A DNA stretch of 64,000 nucleotides, taken from contig CAVZAF010000002.1 of assembly GCA_963773315.1 (NCBI GenBank), positions 902,350 through 966,349 on the forward strand, written 5' to 3'. Positions 57,156 through 64,000 of the stretch are shown one piece after another. A program made the position numbers and the translations under genes. The notes below the pieces were generated by a model. The model had not been told where the DNA came from. It did not search any database and was given only the letters and a program-made list of their open reading frames with translations. This DNA is from an uncultured Acidimicrobiales bacterium (GTDB lineage: Bacteria > Actinomycetota > Acidimicrobiia > Acidimicrobiales > DATKAS01). Position 1 is the first letter of the stretch. Each line of letters begins with the position of its first letter.

Positions 57156-58882
57156 ATGCAGCTGACCGGGGCGCAAGCCCTCATCAAGTCCCTCGAGATG
57201 GAAGGCGTCGAGGTCATGTTCGGTCTGCCGGGCGGGTGCATCCTGCCGGCGTACGACCCCATCCTCGACTCCTCGATCCGCCACATCCTCGTGCGCCACG
57301 AGCAGGGCGCCGGGCACATGGCAGAGGGATATGCCCACGTCACCGGGCGTCCCGGTGTGGCGATGGTGACGAGCGGCCCCGCTGCCACGAACCTCGTGAC
57401 GCCGCTGTGCGATGCCTACATGGACTCGATCCCGATGGTGGCGATCACGGGTCAGGTGCCAACCGCGGCGATCGGCACCGACGCGTTCCAGGAGTGCGAC
57501 ACGGTCGGCATCACTCGCTCCGTGACGAAGCACAACGAGCTCGTGATGGACGCGGAGGACATCCCGCGCGTGATCCGCGAGGCGTTCCACATCGCGACCA
57601 CCGGTCGGCCCGGGCCGGTGCTCGTCGACGTGCCGAAGGACGTGCTGCAGGCCTCGATGGACTGGTGGTGGCCCGAGACGCTCGACCTCCCGGGTTACAA
57701 GCCGACGACGAAGGGCCATCCGCGCATGATCCGCGAGGCGGCGCGCCTCATCCTCGAGGCCGAGCGGCCGGTCATCTACGCGGGCGGCGGCATCTTGAAG
57801 GCACGCGCGGCCGACGCGCTGCGCGAGCTCGCCGAGCTCACGGGCATCCACGTGGTCACGACGCTGATGGCGCGGGGTGCGTTCCCCGACGACCATCCGC
57901 TGTGCTTGGGCATGCCCGGCATGCACGGAAACGCGACTGCGGTGACCGCGATGCAGAAGGCCGATCTGCTGATCGCGTTGGGCTCGCGGTTCGACGACCG
58001 CGTCACGGGCAAGGTGGCGACGTTCGCGCCCGAGGCGAAGATCATCCACGTCGACATCGACCCGGCTGAGCAGGGAAAGGTTCGACGTCCCGACGTGCCG
58101 ATCGTCGGCGACTGCCGCCTCGTCATCGAGGAGCTCGTCCGCAACATCAGGGCGATGCTCGACAACGGCACCGTCCAGGCCGACATCGGCGCGTGGAAGA
58201 GCAAGATCAGCGGTTGGCGCGAGACGTTCCCGCTCACCTACGAGCCGAGCGAGCCGGGCGAGGCGTTGAAGCCGCAGTACTGCCTCGAGGTGCTGCGCGA
58301 CTCCGCTCCTGAGGACTGCATCGTCGTCTCTGGCGTCGGTCAGCACCAGATGTGGGCGTCGCAGTATTGGAAGTTCCGCCATCCCTACACGTGGGTGAAC
58401 TCGGGCGGCCTCGGCACGATGGGCTTTGCGGTGCCCGCGGCGATCGGTGCGAAGGTCGGGCGGCCCGATCGCATGGTGTGGGCTGTCGACGGAGACGGGT
58501 GCTTCCAGATGACCGCGCAGGAGCTCGTCACGGCGTCGACCGAGCGCATCCCTATCAAGGTCGCGATCCTGAACAACGCGTACCTCGGGATGGTCCGGCA
58601 GTGGCAGGAGATGTTCTACGACGAGCGCTACTCCGAGGTGTACCTGTCGCCCGACCTGCCCGACTACGTGGGTTGGGCCGAGGCCATGGGGTGCATCGGC
58701 ATCCGCGTCGAGTCTCCCGAGGAGGTGCAGCCCGCGATCGACAAGGCGAATGAGATCGACGACCGGCCGGTCGTGGTCGAGTTCCGCACCGACTCCGGCG
58801 AGAAGGTGTTCCCGATGGTGCCCGCGGGCCTCTCGAACGACGACATCGTCCTCTCGCCCGGTCAGGACAAGGGGATGCTGCG

Positions 58883-58886
<4 letters not shown>
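57156..58886 (+). CDS. ilvB: Acetolactate synthase large subunit
   Basis: 576-aa ORF: [27 protein letters not shown]...[13 protein letters not shown].... The TPP motif is [15 protein letters not shown]...DGDGCFQMT. Confidence 0.95.
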
Positions 58887-60447
<1,561 letters not shown>

Positions 60448-60467
60448 TCCCACCAACCGGTTTTCTT

Positions 60468-60500
60468 GGTGATTCTCATCCTCGACGAGTGAGAATCACC
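60468..60500. terminator. Perfect 11-bp inverted repeat between convergent ilvC and serC (putative bidirectional terminator)
   Basis: Arms ggtgattctca (60468-60478) and tgagaatcacc (60490-60500) flank an 11-nt loop. The element is AT-richer than its surroundings and is preceded by ggttttcttgg. Confidence 0.6.
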
Positions 60501-60505
60501 AGAAT

Positions 60506-61636
60506 TCAGGTCAGGTGTTCGACGACCCAGTCGATGCACTGGGTGAGCGCATCGACGTCCGACGGGTCGACGGAAGGGAACATGCCGATCCGCAGCTGGT
60601 TGCGGCCGAGCTTGCGGTACGAGTCGGTGTCGACGATGCCGTTGTCGCGCAGCACCGCCGAGACCGTCGGCGCGTCGACTCCAGTCGAGGTCGATCGTGC
60701 CGACGACGGCCGACCGCTGCGCGGCGTCGGCGACGAACGGGCGTCGCGTACGACGCCTTCTCGGCCCAGCCGTAGAGCGATCGACGGCCGACTCGTCGGA
60801 TCGCGACGCGGCGAACTCGAGGCCGCCACAGCGTTCATCCAACGGATCTGCTGGTCGAGGAGGAACAGCGTGGCGAGCGCGGGAGTGTTGTAGGTCTGGT
60901 CCAGGCGGCTGTTCTCCAGCGCGATGGTGAGGTCGAGCGACGCGGGGCACCACCGGCCTGAGGTCTTGATGTGCTCGATGCGAGCGAGTCGCGGCCGGCG
61001 AGCACGCCGCGATCCAGAGACCGCCGTCGGACGAGAAGCACTTCTGCGGAGCGAAGTAGTACACGTCGACTTCGGCCGGATCCCAGCGGAGGCCGCCGGC
61101 GGCCGACGTCGCGTCGACGACGACGAGGCCGTCGCCGCCGGGGGACGCGTCAGGGTCATCGCGACACCAGTGGATGTCTCGTTGTGCGTGAGCGCGTAGA
61201 CGTCGACCTCGTCGCGAGCGACGGGCTGCGGATGCGTGCCCGGCGCCGACTCGATCAGCTCGGGCGCGTCGATCTGCGGCGCGGCCGCGGCCGCAGCGGC
61301 GAACTTCGACGAGAACTCGCCGAACACGAGGTGCTGGCTCTGTCGTTCGATGAGCCCGAACGTCGCGATGTCCCAGAACGCTGTCGATCCACCGTTGCCG
61401 AGCACGATCTCCCATCCGTCGGGGAGGCCGAAGAGCGACGTGAGGCCGTCGCGCACCGATCGCACGACGGCCCGCACGGGCTCCTGCCGATGGGACGTGC
61501 CGAGCCAGCTCTTGCTCACGTCGGCGAGGGCTTGCACCACCTCGGGACGCACTTTCGACGGCCCACATCCGAAGCGGCCGTCGGCGGGCAGGAGCGATGC
61601 GGGGATCGAAATGTCGCGTCGGGTCGACGAGGTCAC
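60506..61636 (-). CDS. serC: Phosphoserine aminotransferase, actinobacterial type (several compensating frameshifts)
   Basis: From GTG 61636: [37 protein letters not shown]...[13 protein letters not shown]...[10 protein letters not shown].... The internal stretch of the 376-aa ORF ([16 protein letters not shown]...) is off frame. The true sequence ([42 protein letters not shown]...) is in the frame of ORF 60075-61568. Confidence 0.85.
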   Translation of the reverse strand: MTSSTRRDISIPASLLPADGRFGCGPSKVRPEVVQALADVSKSWLGTSHRQEPVRAVVRSVRDGLTSLFGLPDGWEIVLGNGGSTAFWDIATFGLIERQSQHLVFGEFSSKFAAAAAAAPQIDAPELIESAPGTHPQPVARDEVDVYALTHNETSTGVAMTLTRPPAATASSSSTRRRPPAASAGIRPKSTCTTSLRRSASRPTAVSGSRRARRPRLARIEHIKTSGRWCPASLDLTIALENSRLDQTYNTPALATLFLLDQQIRWMNAVAASSSPRRDPTSRPSIALRLGREGVVRDARSSPTPRSGRPSSARSTSTGVDAPTVSAVLRDNGIVDTDSYRKLGRNQLRIGMFPSVDPSDVDALTQCIDWVVEHLT

Positions 61637-61645
61637 TGTGTCAGC

Positions 61646-62848
61646 ATGGCAGCCGTGGAGCGCATCTCACGTCGCATTGCCGCAATCGCCGAATCGGCCA
61701 CGCTGGCCGTCGACGCCAAGGCCAAGGCGCTCAAAGCCGCAGGTGAGGACGTCATCGGCTTCGGCGCGGGCGAGCCCGACTTCCCGACTCCCGACGCGAT
61801 CGTCGAGGCCGCCGCGGCGGCCTGCCACGACCCGGCGAACCATCGCTACACGCCGACGGGTGGCCTGCCGGAGCTGCGCGCCGCGATCGTCGCGAAGTCC
61901 AAGCGCGACTCGGGCCTCGTGTGCGCAGAGTCGCAGATCCTCGTCACGAACGGCGGGAAGCAGGCGCTGTACAACACGTTCGCGACGCTCCTCGATCCGG
62001 GCGACGAGGTGCTGCTGCCGGCGCCCTACTGGACGACGTATCCCGAGTCGATCACGCTCGGCGGTGGGGTGCCCGTGGTGGTGCCGACAACCGTCGCCGC
62101 CGGCTTCAGGGTGACGCTCGACCAGCTCGAGGCAGCGGTCACGCCGCGCACGAAGGCGTTGGTGTTCGTGTCGCCGTCGAACCCGAGCGGCGCCGTCTAC
62201 CCGCCTGCTGAGGTCGAAGCGATCGGGCGCTGGGCCGCGGAGAAGGGGATCTGGGTCGTCACCGACGAGATCTACGAACACCTCACGTTCGGCGAGCACG
62301 TGTTCTCGTCGATGCCGGTGCTCGTGCCCGAGCTCGCCGATCAGTGCGTGATCGTCAACGGGGTCGCGAAGACGTACGCGATGACGGGTTGGCGCGTCGG
62401 CTGGATGATCGGCCCGAACGACGTCGTGAAGGCGGCGACGAACCTGCAGAGCCACAGCACGTCGAACGTGGCGGACGTTTCGCAGCGCGCCGCGTCGCGG
62501 CGCTGAACGGCGACCTGAGCGCGGTCGCGATGATGCGAGAGGCCTTCGCTCGCCGCGGTCGCACGATGTACGAGATGCTCAACGCGATCCCGGGCGTCAC
62601 CGCGATCGAGCCGCAGGGCGCGTTCTACGGGTTCCCGTCGTTCGAGGGCGTGCTCGGGCGCCCGATCCGCGGGCGCACGCCGCAGATCACGGCCGAGCTG
62701 CGCCGAGCTGCTGCTCGACGAGGTGAAGGTCGCGATCGTGCCGGGGGAGGCGTTCGGCGCGCCGGGCTACGCGCGGCTGTCGTTCGCCATGGGCGACGAC
62801 GACATCGTCGAGGGCATCACCCGCATCGACAAGCTGCTAGCCGAGTAG
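61646..62848 (+). CDS. Pyridoxal-phosphate-dependent aspartate aminotransferase (class I); two apparent frameshifts, one caused by a 10-bp tandem duplication
   Basis: From ATG 61646: [49 protein letters not shown]...NGGKQAL...[10 protein letters not shown]...[16 protein letters not shown].... Frame changes lie near 62495 and 62692-62711. The native end is ...[39 protein letters not shown]. Confidence 0.85.
62692..62711. repeat. Perfect 10-bp tandem duplication (gccgagctgc x2) inside the aminotransferase gene
   Basis: Copies lie at 62692-62701 and 62702-62711. Removing one copy restores ...[20 protein letters not shown].... Confidence 0.9.
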
Positions 62849-63660
62849 GCGAGCGAGCACCGCGTCTGCAGCTGCCCACCCGGACAGCGCCGCGCCTTCG
62901 ACTCGGCTCGGGGTTCCCCCATGCCGATCGCCGGCGAGGATCGTGAGGCGGGCTGCGTCGGTGACCGAGCAGCCGGGCCCGGTGATCGTCCGCGGCCGAC
63001 GCGTGACGCCACCGCAGCACCCGTGACTCGACGACCGTCGCCGCGCCGATGAAGCGCTCAGCGTCGTCGAACGTGGCTTCACACCCCGGTCGCGAGTGGA
63101 CGGTCAGCGCCGGCACCGGTGAGATGCCCTTCTGCTGGTTGTCGCCGACGAAGCTCAGCAGCGGATCGTCGGTGAGCTGCACGCCTCCCGGCGATGGCAC
63201 CGCCGACGGCCGATCGAGCACGCAGAGCAGCGCGACCATCTCGTCGTAGTCGTCGCTCGGCGTGGTGACGACGACGGCTTCGGCATCGAGCGCGTCGACG
63301 TCGCCAACCGTGACCTCGCGCCGTACGTCCAGACCCTCGGCAGCGGCCTCCGCGATCGCAGGCCATGCCCTCGACGCCGACGTACCGCGGGAAGCCGTCG
63401 GGTTCGGGTCCGAAGCCGCGACACCATTCGCGCGCGATGCCGCGCGTGATCCACGCGTCGACCTGGGCTTGGAACTCGGCCGTGCGGACGGTCAAGAACT
63501 GGGCGCCGGTGTCGAACACCGCTTCACCCACGCGTTCGGTCGCCATGCGGCCGCCGACCCTGGTCGACTGCTCGAGCACCTGCACCTCGACGCCATTGTC
63601 GACCAGACGGCGAGCGCAGAGGAGGCCGCTGATGCCCGCGCCGACCACGACAACGCCCAT
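62837..63660 (-). CDS. NAD(P)/FAD-dependent oxidoreductase (amine oxidase/renalase-like Rossmann N-terminus); at least three apparent frameshifts
   Basis: From ATG 63660: [55 protein letters not shown].... Later pieces are in ORFs 62817-63239 and 62837-63082. It ends ...[21 protein letters not shown]. Confidence 0.7.
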
Positions 63661-63717
63661 CAGCGGCGAAGTTACCGGTTCGCTTCGACGCGACCGGCTC
63701 GACAAGGATGGTTCCCC

Positions 63718-64000
63718 GTGGCTCGAGTCCTCGTCACCGAAGAGATCGCCGATGGCGGGCTCCAGCTGCTGCGCGACAAGGGCCACGTCGTGGACGTGCA
63801 GCTCGGGCTGTCACCCTCAGAGCTGCTCGAGGTCGTGCCAGGCGCGCATGCGCTGGTGATTCGCTCTGCGACCAAGGTCACCGCGGAGGTGCTCCAGGCC
63901 GGCGCCGACCTCATCGTGGTCGGCCGCGCCGGCATCGGCCTCGACAACGTGGACGTCGAGGCGGCGACGCGCCGCGGCGTGATGGTGGTGAACGCGCCGC
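63718..64000 (+). CDS. serA: D-3-phosphoglycerate dehydrogenase, 5' part (runs off the window)
   Basis: Own translation from GTG 63718: VARVLVTEEIADGGLQLLRDKGHVVDVQLGLSPSELLEVVPGAHALVIRSATKVTAEVLQAGADLIVVGRAGIGLDNVDVEAATRRGVMVVNAP. It is missing from the ORF track because it has no stop codon in the window. Confidence 0.85.
   Translation, partial: MARVLVTEEIADGGLQLLRDKGHVVDVQLGLSPSELLEVVPGAHALVIRSATKVTAEVLQAGADLIVVGRAGIGLDNVDVEAATRRGVMVVNAP

Overview
This is a visibly high-GC, actinobacterium-like chromosomal window. I found no transposase, integrase, CRISPR or rRNA, and one tRNA, tRNA-Arg(CCG). Gene content from left to right:
- Protocatechuate branch genes pcaC-pcaH-pcaG-pcaB on the minus strand, then a cytochrome P450.
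- A Liv-type ABC importer with LivH, LivM and LivG (and possibly LivF) domains in one reading frame, its binding protein, and two convergent amidases.
- A TetR-linked CoA-ester catabolic block: three enoyl-CoA hydratases, an acyl-CoA dehydrogenase, an acyl-CoA ligase, an MFS transporter, a DinB/MDMPI-family protein and an isochorismatase-like hydrolase.
- A form I Mo-Cu CO dehydrogenase cluster: coxM-coxS-coxL (the CoxL loop reads VAYRCSFR), an XdhC-YHS fusion and coxG. Five tandem small single-pass membrane paralogs follow it.
- Facing that cluster, a translationally coupled minus-strand operon: YCII/DGPF protein, ECF42-like sigma factor, GNAT, XdhC-like gene, small ORF, coxD, coxE and two unknown tail genes.
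- A GMC oxidoreductase, an alpha/beta hydrolase, argS, lysA, hotdog dehydratases, a CitE-like lyase, a HAD hydrolase, a long acyl-CoA dehydrogenase, a PAS-GGDEF-EAL protein, a MaoC hydratase, a methyltransferase and a MutY-like glycosylase.
- A UGSC-family selenoprotein gene (in-frame TGA plus a SECIS-like hairpin) with a thioredoxin-fold partner.
- An MBL hydrolase, a flavin reductase, a MauE-like protein, oligopeptidase B, a MATE transporter and ilvD.
- A leader-peptide attenuator with ilvB-ilvN-ilvC, then serC, an aspartate aminotransferase, an FAD oxidoreductase and the start of serA.

Roughly thirty genes can only be reconstructed by switching reading frame one or more times. These include core genes such as ilvC, serC and lysA. 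I read this as indel-type assembly error rather than gene decay, and coordinates of affected genes are whole-gene spans.

The best candidates for undescribed biology are:
- the five-gene small membrane protein array inside the cox cluster;
- the two unknown genes coupled to coxD-coxE;
- the UGSC selenoprotein with its thioredoxin-fold partner.
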